Made by a program: the position numbers and the translations under genes. From the NCBI GenBank assembly GCA_045653865.1, contig JAZOMJ010000067.1, positions 1 through 41,397 on the forward strand: DNA of 41,397 nt, given 5' to 3'. The notes below the pieces were generated by a model, which saw only the letters and a list, made by a program, of their open reading frames with translations, was not told the origin of the DNA and did not search any database. Shown piece by piece: positions 17,314 to 25,817 of this stretch (positions within the stretch are counted from its first letter, which is position 1; the number at the start of each line of letters is the position of its first letter). The stretch comes from Eubacteriales bacterium (GTDB lineage Bacteria; Bacillota; Clostridia; Oscillospirales; CAG-272).

Positions 17314-19251
17314 ATGTTAAATCAACCCCAAAATAACCAAAATTCTCTTTCTTGCCGCGTTGCCGTGATTGGCGCAGGACATGCAGGAATTGAAGCCGCA
17401 CTCGCCTCGGCTCGCCTTGGCGTGGATACCGTGCTCTTTACCATGTCGTTTGAATCAATTGCCAATATGCCCTGCAACCCATCGATTGGCGGAACCGCCA
17501 AGGGACACCTTGTTTATGAAATAGATGCTCTCGGTGGCGAAATGGGTCGCGCGGCTGACTTGGTCACCCTGCAATCCCGTCTGCTCAATATGGGAAAAGG
17601 CGTTGCCGTGCAAAGCAAGCGCGTGCAGGCAGACCGCAAGAAATATCAATCGATTATGAAACGCACGCTGGAAACCACTCCGAATTTGCGCGTTGTGCAA
17701 TCCGAAATAACCGCAATATTTGTCTCACAACAAGACGAATGTAATGCGAATTTTCAAAATAACGATAATTCAATAGCAACTTTTGTCTCGGGTGTTAGAA
17801 CAAGGCTCGGTGAAAAATGGGACTGCGATGCCGTCATCATTGCCACGGGAACTTACCTTGAAAGTGCCATTTTTGTGGGTGACGTCAGCTATGAAGCAGG
17901 CCCCGACGGCTTCTTGCCTGCCAAGGGTCTTTCTGCCTCTCTTGAAGAGATTGGCGTCAAGCTTCTGCGTTTCAAGACCGGAACACCGGCACGCATTAAG
18001 CGCGAGAGCATCGACTTTTCGGTGCTTGAGGAGCAACCGGGCGACGATTTTATTCTTCCCTACTCCTCTCAACACCCTGAAGACTTCTTCAAGGACTTTG
18101 AACAAATCAGTTGTCACATCGTTTATACCAACTCCGAGACCCATCGCATCATTCGCGATAACATCACGCGTAGTGCGATGTATTCCGGAAAGATTCACGG
18201 CACAGGACCGCGCTACTGCCCCTCGATTGAAGATAAACTCGTTCGTTTTGCCGACAAGGAACGCCATCAGCTCTTTGTAGAGCCAATGGGAGCCGATACA
18301 TCCGAAATTTATCTGCAAGGCTTCTCCACTTCACTCCCCACCGACGTGCAGGTCAAAATGTTGCGCTCCTTGCAAGGATTTGAGAATGCCGAGATCATGC
18401 GCTACGCTTACGCCATTGAATACGACTGCGCAGATCCCTTACAAATGGATGCAACCCTTGAATTCAAGCACGTCAAAGGTCTTTTTGGCGCAGGACAGTT
18501 CAACGGCACCTCGGGATACGAGGAAGCCGCCGCGCAAGGTCTTGTTGCAGGCATCAATGCTGCAAGACGCGTCAAAAACCTTCCTTCTATTATATTACCG
18601 CGTTCGGGCAGCTATATTGGCACCTTGATTGACGATCTTGTCACCAAGGGAACCAACGAGCCTTACCGTATGATGACCTCTCGCTCGGAATATCGCCTGC
18701 TTTTGCGCCAAGACAACGCAGATTTGCGCCTCACTCCCATCGGATATGAGGCAGGACTCATTGATGAAGCCCGTTATCAAGCCTTTTTGGCTAAAAAAGA
18801 GGCCCAAGAAGCCGAAAAAGAGCGTTTGGAGCAAACTTTTGTCTCCCCTGCGGTTGCAAATCCTCTACTCGAAGAAATTGGTGAGACACCCCTCAAATCC
18901 GGTGCATCTCTGGCAAATCTGCTCCGCAGACCTGCGGTTACATACGATTTGTTAGCCGAAATTGATACAAATCGCCCTAATTTGCCTTATTCCGTGCGAC
19001 TTTCGGTTGAAACCGACACAAAATACAAGGGTTACACCGACCGTCAGCTCGCAGACGTTGAAAGACAAAAGAAATTAGAGGCAAAAACACTCCCCGAGGA
19101 TATCGATTACAAGCAAATCAAAGGATTGCGCTTGGAAGCGGCACAAAAGCTTTCCAATATTCGCCCCAAAACGATTGGGCAAGCCGCAAGAGTAAGCGGC
19201 GTAAACCCTGCCGATATCACAGTTTTGATGATTTATTTAGAAATGAAATGA
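17314..19251 (+). CDS. mnmG: tRNA uridine-5-carboxymethylaminomethyl modification enzyme MnmG (GidA)
   Basis: 645 aa with the FAD loop VAVIGAGHAGIEAAL and GPRYCPSIEDK. It carries a lineage-specific N/Q-rich loop insertion at about 17709-17788. Confidence 0.95.
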   Translation: MLNQPQNNQNSLSCRVAVIGAGHAGIEAALASARLGVDTVLFTMSFESIANMPCNPSIGGTAKGHLVYEIDALGGEMGRAADLVTLQSRLLNMGKGVAVQSKRVQADRKKYQSIMKRTLETTPNLRVVQSEITAIFVSQQDECNANFQNNDNSIATFVSGVRTRLGEKWDCDAVIIATGTYLESAIFVGDVSYEAGPDGFLPAKGLSASLEEIGVKLLRFKTGTPARIKRESIDFSVLEEQPGDDFILPYSSQHPEDFFKDFEQISCHIVYTNSETHRIIRDNITRSAMYSGKIHGTGPRYCPSIEDKLVRFADKERHQLFVEPMGADTSEIYLQGFSTSLPTDVQVKMLRSLQGFENAEIMRYAYAIEYDCADPLQMDATLEFKHVKGLFGAGQFNGTSGYEEAAAQGLVAGINAARRVKNLPSIILPRSGSYIGTLIDDLVTKGTNEPYRMMTSRSEYRLLLRQDNADLRLTPIGYEAGLIDEARYQAFLAKKEAQEAEKERLEQTFVSPAVANPLLEEIGETPLKSGASLANLLRRPAVTYDLLAEIDTNRPNLPYSVRLSVETDTKYKGYTDRQLADVERQKKLEAKTLPEDIDYKQIKGLRLEAAQKLSNIRPKTIGQAARVSGVNPADITVLMIYLEMK

Positions 19252-19260
19252 GGTTTTCCC

Positions 19261-19989
19261 TTGGATTTTACAACTTTTTCGCAGATTTTTACCTCCGCGG
19301 CAACAAAAAACAACATTTCTTTGCCAAATGAGGCGCAAATGCTTCAATTTTATCGCTTTACCGAACATTTGTTAGAGGTAAACGCACACACCAACCTAAC
19401 CGCCATTCGCGAACCGATTGGAATTGTCGATAAGCACTATATTGATTCGCTTTTGGTAATGGATATGATTCCACAAGGTGCTCGCATGCTCGATTTGGGA
19501 TGCGGCCCCGGTTTTCCATCTATTCCACTTGCCATTATGCGTCCCGATTTAGAGATTGTGGCATTGGATAGCACCTCTAAAAAGATTGATTTTGTACAAA
19601 AAAGCGCAGAAATCTTGCAATTATCCAATCTAAAAGGCGTTTCAGGGCGCGCCGAGGATATAAAATTACGCAAAGAACTCGGAAAGTTTGATGTTGTTGT
19701 CAGCCGCGCGGTGGCTCGCTTGAATATTCTTTGCGAGCTGTGTTTACCTTATTTGAAGTTAGACGGACAACTGATGGCTCTCAAAGGAGCAAAATTTGAA
19801 GAAGAGTTGAGTGAAGCGACCAACGCAATTCAAATTTTGGGTGGCAAAACCCTCAAAATTGAGCAAAAAGTGCTAATAACCACCGAAAATCAAGAAGAAA
19901 CGCGCGGAATTATCGCAATTCAGTTAAAAAAGACACCTCACACACAATATCCGCGTGCGTACGCCGCAATTCTAAAGAAACCCTTATAA
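19261..19989 (+). CDS. rsmG: 16S rRNA (guanine527-N7)-methyltransferase RsmG (GidB)
   Basis: 242 aa with the SAM motif LDLGCGPGFP. TTG start at 19261, 6 nt after TGAGG. It lies directly after mnmG. Confidence 0.9.
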   Translation: MDFTTFSQIFTSAATKNNISLPNEAQMLQFYRFTEHLLEVNAHTNLTAIREPIGIVDKHYIDSLLVMDMIPQGARMLDLGCGPGFPSIPLAIMRPDLEIVALDSTSKKIDFVQKSAEILQLSNLKGVSGRAEDIKLRKELGKFDVVVSRAVARLNILCELCLPYLKLDGQLMALKGAKFEEELSEATNAIQILGGKTLKIEQKVLITTENQEETRGIIAIQLKKTPHTQYPRAYAAILKKPL

Positions 19990-19994
19990 AAACA

Positions 19995-20116
19995 AGTTTC
20001 ACGTGAAACATTTGCTACAAAAGCGATGTGTTTCACGTGAAACTTTTTATTTTGTTGGGTTGTATTGTTTCACGTGAAACACACTCCGTTTTATTCTTGT
20101 TGTTTCACGTGAAACA
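19995..20116. promoter_or_regulatory. Array of four parS centromere sites
   Basis: The 14-bp palindrome GTTTCACGTGAAAC occurs four times, inside 16-mers at 19995-20010 (AGTTTCACGTGAAACA), 20029-20044 (TGTTTCACGTGAAACT), 20066-20081 and 20101-20116 (both TGTTTCACGTGAAACA). Centre-to-centre spacing is 34, 37 and 35 bp. It matches the Firmicutes parS consensus TGTTNCACGTGAAACA. Confidence 0.9.
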
Positions 20117-20148
20117 TGAAATTTTTCTGTATTTCTTTGTAAAAATCA

Positions 20149-20177
20149 TTGCATTTTTGCAAAGAATGTGGTATAAT
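20149..20177 (+). promoter_or_regulatory. parAB promoter (TTGCAT-17-TGgTATAAT)
   Basis: TTGCAT (20149-20154), 17-nt spacer, TATAAT (20172-20177) with an upstream TG. It lies 33 nt after the last parS. Confidence 0.6.
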
Positions 20178-20226
20178 AATAAAAACAGACTCTTTACAAC
20201 TTTTATCAAGGAGAATTTTAAAATTT

Positions 20227-20988
20227 ATGGGAAAAATCATTGCTTTTGCAAACCAAAAAGGCGGCGTTGGTAAAACAACTTCCGCCGTTAATATCGCGGC
20301 TTCTCTTGGTGTTTTGGGTTATAAGGTGCTCATGATTGACCTTGACCCCCAAGGAAACGCAACAAGTGGCGTAGGAGTTATCAAAAAGAGCCTCAAACTG
20401 ACCGCTTTTGATTTGTTGACCACCGATGCATCTGTTCAAGATGTTATGATTAAGACAAGATTTGACAATTTGAGCATTATTCCCACCAACACAACCCTTG
20501 CGCGCGCAGAATATGAGCTCGCAGACGTAGAAAACGGTGAATTTGTCATCAAAAACAAGCTCGCTCCCGTTCTTGATGGCTTCGATTACATCATTATTGA
20601 CTGTCCTCCGTCTCTCGGAATGCTCACTGTTAACGCTATGACCGCGGCTAACGGCGTTGTTATCCCGATGCAATGCGAATTCTTCGCACTTGAGGGCCTT
20701 TCTCAGTTGATGTTCACCATTAGCCGCATCAAATCGCATTATAATAAGGAACTGAACGTTACCGGCATCCTCATTACAATGTATAACAACCGTCTCATTC
20801 TTTCTGCGCAAGTTCTCAACGAATTGAAGAAGCACTATGCCGACAAGTTGTTTGAGACCACTGTTTCCAGAAACGTTAAGCTTTCCGAGGCTCCCAGCTT
20901 TGGTTTGCCGGTTTATTACCACGAAAAACGCTCTAAAGGTGCTACCGAGTACCTGAACATTGCAAAAGAGCTTGCAGAGCGCATTTAA
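20227..20988 (+). CDS. soj: Chromosome partitioning ATPase ParA/Soj
   Basis: 253 aa from the ATG at 20227, with GGAGA upstream. Deviant Walker A (AFANQKGGVGKTT). The longer ORF start at 20149 overlaps the promoter and is rejected. Confidence 0.93.
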   Translation: MGKIIAFANQKGGVGKTTSAVNIAASLGVLGYKVLMIDLDPQGNATSGVGVIKKSLKLTAFDLLTTDASVQDVMIKTRFDNLSIIPTNTTLARAEYELADVENGEFVIKNKLAPVLDGFDYIIIDCPPSLGMLTVNAMTAANGVVIPMQCEFFALEGLSQLMFTISRIKSHYNKELNVTGILITMYNNRLILSAQVLNELKKHYADKLFETTVSRNVKLSEAPSFGLPVYYHEKRSKGATEYLNIAKELAERI

Positions 20989-20999
20989 GGAGGTAGAAA

Positions 21000-21899
21000 A
21001 TGGCTAAATCAAGAAGTGGACTTGGCCGCGACTTTTATTCCTTGCTTGATGATAACATTTTAGCAAGCGATAAAACGTCTGCCGCCACCAATTTGCGTAT
21101 TTCTCAAGTAGAACCTCGAAGTGACCAGCCCAGAAAGGAGTTTTCTCCCGAAGCTCTCAGCCAGTTGGCAGATTCAATTGCACAATTTGGCGTTTTGCAG
21201 CCCATTATTGTTCGCGAAAGCGCGCTTTTGGAAGGGAACTACGAAATTATTGCAGGTGAACGTCGTTGGAGAGCCTCCAAAATGGCGGGACTGAGCGAAA
21301 TTCCTGCAGTTATCCTTGATGGCGATGATCTCAAGGCGGCTCAAATTGCTGTTATTGAGAACGTTCAACGCGAAGATCTCAATCCCGTGGAAGAAGCATT
21401 TGCTTACGATGCTCTTATCGAGCGTTTCGGCTTGACTCAAGAGCAAGTTGCAAAGCAAGTGGGCAAGAGCCGTTCGGCTATCACCAACTGCTTGCGTTTG
21501 CTCGATTTGCCCGACGAGGTTTTGGATCTTTTAAAGAGAGGCGAGCTCTCCGCAGGTCACGCACGTGCGCTCCTTGGTCTTGAAAACGAAGATCAAATGG
21601 CTCCTTTGGCTGCAAAAATTGTAGAAAAAGGCCTTTCCGTTCGTGACGTTGAAAGAACCGTTCGTTTGATGAACTACACCCCCGATGAAATTGATGATGC
21701 AGAGCAAACCGAGAACAAGCAAAGAAAAGCTTACATGCACGATCTCGAGCATCGCGCGGTTTCTGTTCTTGGCAGACGCGTTCGCATCCTCAAAACTGCT
21801 AAAAAGAAGGTTGTTGAGCTGGCTTACAGCGATGATGATGACCTTGCTGAGCTCCTCAAGAGCATTTGCGGCGGAGACTTTTTCGCCGACAACGATTAA
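21000..21899 (+). CDS. spo0J: Chromosome partitioning protein ParB/Spo0J
   Basis: 299 aa with the ParB box IIAGERRWRASKMAG and the HTH region QEQVAKQVGKSRSAITN. AAGGAGG RBS. Confidence 0.93.
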   Translation: MAKSRSGLGRDFYSLLDDNILASDKTSAATNLRISQVEPRSDQPRKEFSPEALSQLADSIAQFGVLQPIIVRESALLEGNYEIIAGERRWRASKMAGLSEIPAVILDGDDLKAAQIAVIENVQREDLNPVEEAFAYDALIERFGLTQEQVAKQVGKSRSAITNCLRLLDLPDEVLDLLKRGELSAGHARALLGLENEDQMAPLAAKIVEKGLSVRDVERTVRLMNYTPDEIDDAEQTENKQRKAYMHDLEHRAVSVLGRRVRILKTAKKKVVELAYSDDDDLAELLKSICGGDFFADND

Positions 21900-21917
21900 G
21901 ATATTTGGAGAATTACC

Positions 21918-23198
21918 ATGTTAGATATTAAATATATTAAAGAAAAACCCGAAGAAGTGATTGCGAGATTGGCAAAAAAAGGAAAAGATGGAAAAAATGA
22001 TATAGAAATGATCCTTTCCTTGGATGCTGAACGCCGTGCAATCATTGGCGAAGTTGAGCAACTTAAAGCACAACAAAACCAAACCAACAAGCTTATCCCT
22101 CAATACAAAAAAGAGGGCAAGGATATGGCTCCCATTTTTGCGGAAATGAAGGAGCTTGGCGCAAAAATCAAGGCTGACGACGACAGACTCAAGGAAGTTG
22201 AAACGCAACTGACCTCCTTTATGCTCGGTCTCCCCAACCTTCCCGACGAAGATCTGCTTGCCGGCGGAAAAGAGAACAACGAGCCGCTGAGATACCACGG
22301 TGAACCCAGAAAGTTCGATTTCGAGTTCAAAAATCACGTTGATCTGTGCACCGATCTCGGTCTTATCGACTACAAACGCGGCGCAAAGCTCTCCGGCAAC
22401 GGTTTTTGGATCTATTCCGGTCTTGGCGCACGCCTTGAATGGGCTCTGCTCAACTACTTTATTGATTTCCATCTTGGAAATAATTACCAGTTGATGCTCG
22501 TTCCTCATATGCTTGGCTATGAATGCGGCCTTACCGCAGGTCAATTCCCCAAGTTCCAAGACGAGGTTTATTGGATGGAGACCGCAGAGGACGAAAGACG
22601 TCGTTTTATGCTTCCCACCGCAGAGACCGCGCTTGTTTCCTTGCACCGTGACGAGATTTTGACCGAGGCTGACCTGCCCAAAAAGTATATCAGCTACACA
22701 CCTTGCTTCCGCCGTGAGGCAGGATCCTATCGCGCTGACGAGCGCGGCATGGTACGCGGTCACCAATTCAACAAGGTTGAAATGGTTCAATACACTCTGC
22801 CCGAAAAGAGTGACGAGGCTTTCGAAGAGCTCGTTACCAACGCAGAGAACCTCGTTAAGGGTCTCGGATTCCACTTCCGCACCGTAAAGCTTGCCGCCGA
22901 GGACTGTTCCGCATCAATGGCACGCACCTATGACATTGAAATCAACATTCCCTCTATGAACGGCTACAAAGAGGTTTCCTCTGTTTCCAACGCGCGCGAT
23001 TACCAAGCAAGACGCGGTATGATGCGTGTAAAACGTGACAACGGTAAAACCGAATTCTTACACACCCTCAACGGTTCCGGCCTTGCAACCAGCCGTATTT
23101 TCCCCGCACTTGTAGAGCAAAATCAAAACGCCGACGGTAGCGTAACCGTGCCCGAGGTACTGCGCAAGTATATTGGTCTTGACGTTATCAAAAAGTAA
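21918..23198 (+). CDS. serS: Seryl-tRNA synthetase
   Basis: 426 aa with an N-terminal coiled-coil arm and class II motifs (YTPCFRREAGS, GSGLATSR). It starts only 18 nt after parB, with no leader. Confidence 0.95.
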   Translation: MLDIKYIKEKPEEVIARLAKKGKDGKNDIEMILSLDAERRAIIGEVEQLKAQQNQTNKLIPQYKKEGKDMAPIFAEMKELGAKIKADDDRLKEVETQLTSFMLGLPNLPDEDLLAGGKENNEPLRYHGEPRKFDFEFKNHVDLCTDLGLIDYKRGAKLSGNGFWIYSGLGARLEWALLNYFIDFHLGNNYQLMLVPHMLGYECGLTAGQFPKFQDEVYWMETAEDERRRFMLPTAETALVSLHRDEILTEADLPKKYISYTPCFRREAGSYRADERGMVRGHQFNKVEMVQYTLPEKSDEAFEELVTNAENLVKGLGFHFRTVKLAAEDCSASMARTYDIEINIPSMNGYKEVSSVSNARDYQARRGMMRVKRDNGKTEFLHTLNGSGLATSRIFPALVEQNQNADGSVTVPEVLRKYIGLDVIKK

Positions 23199-23234
23199 TT
23201 TTTCTCCGATTCCATTACAAAAAGGAGAGTAAAT

Positions 23235-23888
23235 ATGTTGAAATCCATTGCCGTTTTTTCGCTCGTCGCGAACACCTCTTTTTGGGAGAAAATCGCTACA
23301 TGGTATCAAAATTCCACAATTGGCGAGCTGATAAACTACTTTCAAGAAACCTATTTTTCCATTCACTTTGGAGCATACGACAACTTTGCCATCACCGAAC
23401 AAACCACTAACATTTTAAACAAAATTATTCCGGCTATTATTTGGGGTATTATCATTGCCGCCATTGCAACGTTTTATTGTCGTCGCATGGTTGGTGAGTT
23501 TGTAAGAACGCTCATCCAAAAAGAAGCGCTTTCGCCCGATTCTGCCATGACATTGTTTGAAACAGGTGCGTTCCGCAGCGTTGTTGTTCGATACGAACTC
23601 TGCCGCAGTGCCTTCTTGCGCAAGGTGGTTTTCTGCCGCGAAGAACAAGATTTTTTGAAGAAAAAAGAAGGGGATGCTACCTATAAAATTGATTTTATGA
23701 AAGATCATTTTTACATTCCCGAAGATCTTAAATACCGTGCTGAAATGCGTTTTGATCAAAAAGGATCGAGTTGGCTTTCTGTTGTGTTGACGGTGGTTTT
23801 GGTTCCTATTGTTGTGGGCCTGCTTTGCCGTTTTATGCCCGGCATACTGCAATTTGTTGACTCTATCATCACGTTTTTGGCACCTTAA
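23235..23888 (+). CDS. Membrane protein, unknown function
   Basis: 217 aa with two clear hydrophobic helices (IIPAIIWGIIIAAIATFY; WLSVVLTVVLVPIVVGLL). GGAGAG RBS. Confidence 0.7.
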   Translation: MLKSIAVFSLVANTSFWEKIATWYQNSTIGELINYFQETYFSIHFGAYDNFAITEQTTNILNKIIPAIIWGIIIAAIATFYCRRMVGEFVRTLIQKEALSPDSAMTLFETGAFRSVVVRYELCRSAFLRKVVFCREEQDFLKKKEGDATYKIDFMKDHFYIPEDLKYRAEMRFDQKGSSWLSVVLTVVLVPIVVGLLCRFMPGILQFVDSIITFLAP

Positions 23889-23892
23889 AATA

Positions 23893-23936
23893 AAAAAGAC
23901 AGCACGCAAGATTTTTTGCGTGCTGTCTTTTTTATT
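23893..23936. terminator. Bidirectional intrinsic terminator
   Basis: 13-bp perfect stem (agacagcacgcaa 23897-23909 / ttgcgtgctgtct 23916-23928) with a 6-nt loop. It is flanked by an A-run on the left and a T-run on the right, and sits between convergent genes. Confidence 0.85.
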
Positions 23937-24861
23937 GAATAGGGAAGAAATTGAGGATAATTTTCTTTTGTGCTTTGTGTGCACCAAAAGAAGAAAGCAA
24001 TGCTTTTTGAAAGAGGGGAATATGCAAGCGAATGGCACTATCCACCTCTTCTATTTTGTATTTTTGGAAACACGGGTGTTCTGCAAAACTTGCCATCGCC
24101 GCAGGAGAGGGAAGATCAAATGCGGTAGCATTTTCACCCCTTTGTTGCACACTTTGTTGAATGCTAAAACCGTATTTTTGCACACCGTGTATTAAATTTT
24201 CGGCATTTTCATCGGTTTGGGCACTCACCTTACCGTTATAGCGACGCATAGTTAAAAAGGTGCAAAAGAGATATGCATCCAAGCGCTCGATGTCTGCTTC
24301 GCTTAACACAACATCTATATGGGGCACCGATATTTTCTGCAAGCAGCATCCCACAAGATTGGCAATCATCAAAATGTGCGCCGTTACATTGGTTTCACAT
24401 TTGTCACCAAACAGATGTTCCATATAAAACCGAAGCGCGCAAAGCTTGCTTTCCAAACGCAACCGCTGGTTGAATTCATCCTCGTTTTCGGTGTCAAAAA
24501 GTGCCGAAAACGCATAGCGTTGTGCATTTTGGTAAGATTTTTGCACCTCGTCGGTGTTCTCTTTAAAGTAGAACGCCAATGCAAATTTCAATTGCCGCCA
24601 AGCAGGGTAAACCAAGAGTGTTCCGTTGTTATGGGGGAGTATAAAGAACTCGTCCTTTCCGTCGAACAATGTCAATAAGGTTGCAGCATTTGCCATAGAG
24701 AGGGCAAGGGGTTCGTCTGACTTGCCGGCGGCAAGCACTTGGTTGTTGTTTAAAATGTCTATCACAAAACAATTATCAAACAACGCACGGCAAAAGAGTT
24801 TGCTTTTGTTGCCAAAGAAGCTTTCTTCAGGCACATAACTTTCTATTTTGTAACTACGCAT
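23932..24861 (-). CDS. Hypothetical protein (309 aa), no recognisable motif, partner of the NERD gene
   Basis: ATG at 24861, 4 nt after the NERD gene stop and with no SD, which suggests translational coupling. The raw ORF start at 24990 overlaps the upstream gene by 125 nt and is rejected. Confidence 0.65.
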   Translation of the reverse strand: MRSYKIESYVPEESFFGNKSKLFCRALFDNCFVIDILNNNQVLAAGKSDEPLALSMANAATLLTLFDGKDEFFILPHNNGTLLVYPAWRQLKFALAFYFKENTDEVQKSYQNAQRYAFSALFDTENEDEFNQRLRLESKLCALRFYMEHLFGDKCETNVTAHILMIANLVGCCLQKISVPHIDVVLSEADIERLDAYLFCTFLTMRRYNGKVSAQTDENAENLIHGVQKYGFSIQQSVQQRGENATAFDLPSPAAMASFAEHPCFQKYKIEEVDSAIRLHIPLFQKALLSSFGAHKAQKKIILNFFPIQ

Positions 24862-24865
24862 AGCA

Positions 24866-25696
24866 TTAAAAAACAATGTGGCGCACGCGGTGGAGCGCGA
24901 TTTTTTGGCAGGTTCCGTCAAGGCAAACAACGTCAAAAACTGTGTCACGGTTGTAAAAAACGTCGGTGGCGCCGTTTGTGAATGTAACAAAGAGCTTGTC
25001 TTTCATCTTCAAGGGTTGGGTCTCCACGCTCAAATAGGCGATGCTTCCCGTGTCAATGCGAACAATAGAGCCGTCAGCGGCATCGCAATCGAAAAAGCAA
25101 TCAGCAAGCATGCCTTTGCAAAATTCGCTATTTCGGCTGTAAAAGCGAGTGCAGTGAAGAATCTGCCCGGGAGCTGCAAAGAGCTCCTTTTGTGCCGCCT
25201 TTTTGGCACGATTTTTGATATACGTAATGGCTTTTTCAGGGGCAAGGAGGGCAATGCCGTCTATTTCTTCGGGCAGGGTCAACTTGCAATCGGGCTCGGC
25301 AAAAATCACCAATCCGCACACGGGCGTGCTCATTTTATAAAAAGCGCGCATTTTTTCAATAAATTGTTTCGTGGTTCCAACGGGACTTTTGAGTGTTTTA
25401 TGCACACCGTTCTCTTTATTTTGATAAAAATCACCGTTCTTTTCGCAACCGATCTCGCCCTTCCAATTCTTCACCTCGATAACAAAGGGAACATTCTTGT
25501 GAATGACGAGAAAATCCTTTTCGAGATAGAGATTTTTGTAGGGAACAACCACATTGCGAATGACGCACTCGAAATTTTGGCAAAGCAGGCGATAAATCAC
25601 TTCTTCGCCATCCGCGCCAAAACTTTCAATCTCTTCAAGCGGTGGCAGGGGACGGGCACTTGCTCTTTTGAGCATTGTTTTCAAAATTTGACTCAT
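24866..25696 (-). CDS. NERD (nuclease-related domain) protein with an uncharacterised C-terminal half
   Basis: 276 aa from the ATG at 25696, with GAGG 8 nt upstream. NERD/PD-(D/E)xK-like core: GADGEEVIYRLL ... EKDFLVIHKNVPFVIEVKNWKGEI ... LKSPVGTTKQFIEKM. Confidence 0.8.
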   Translation of the reverse strand: MSQILKTMLKRASARPLPPLEEIESFGADGEEVIYRLLCQNFECVIRNVVVPYKNLYLEKDFLVIHKNVPFVIEVKNWKGEIGCEKNGDFYQNKENGVHKTLKSPVGTTKQFIEKMRAFYKMSTPVCGLVIFAEPDCKLTLPEEIDGIALLAPEKAITYIKNRAKKAAQKELFAAPGQILHCTRFYSRNSEFCKGMLADCFFDCDAADGSIVRIDTGSIAYLSVETQPLKMKDKLFVTFTNGATDVFYNRDTVFDVVCLDGTCQKIALHRVRHIVF

Positions 25697-25726
25697 TTTT
25701 ATAACCTCTTCTGTTTCTTCTCTTGC

Positions 25727-25755
25727 AGTATAGCACAAATTTGCAAAACAGTCAA
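25727..25755 (-). promoter_or_regulatory. Promoter of the NERD operon (TTGACT-17-TATACT)
   Basis: The minus strand reads TTGACT (25755-25750), gttttgcaaatttgtgc (17 nt), TATACT (25732-25727). Confidence 0.55.
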
Positions 25756-25785
25756 GAGAAAAATCGATTTCTCTCGCTACGTGTT

Positions 25786-25810
25786 AAAAAAAGGCGACCT
25801 GTGGTCGCCC
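25786..25810 (-). terminator. Intrinsic terminator after the XRE gene
   Basis: The minus-strand RNA reads GGCGACC-aca-GGTCGCC followed by UUUUUUU, 8 nt after the XRE stop. Confidence 0.8.
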
Positions 25811-25817
25811 TTCGTTA

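Noticed and set aside
15908-17401. 497-aa ORF antisense to ahcY
   Set aside because: Shadow ORF. ahcY on the plus strand has clear NAD-binding and substrate motifs and a proper RBS.
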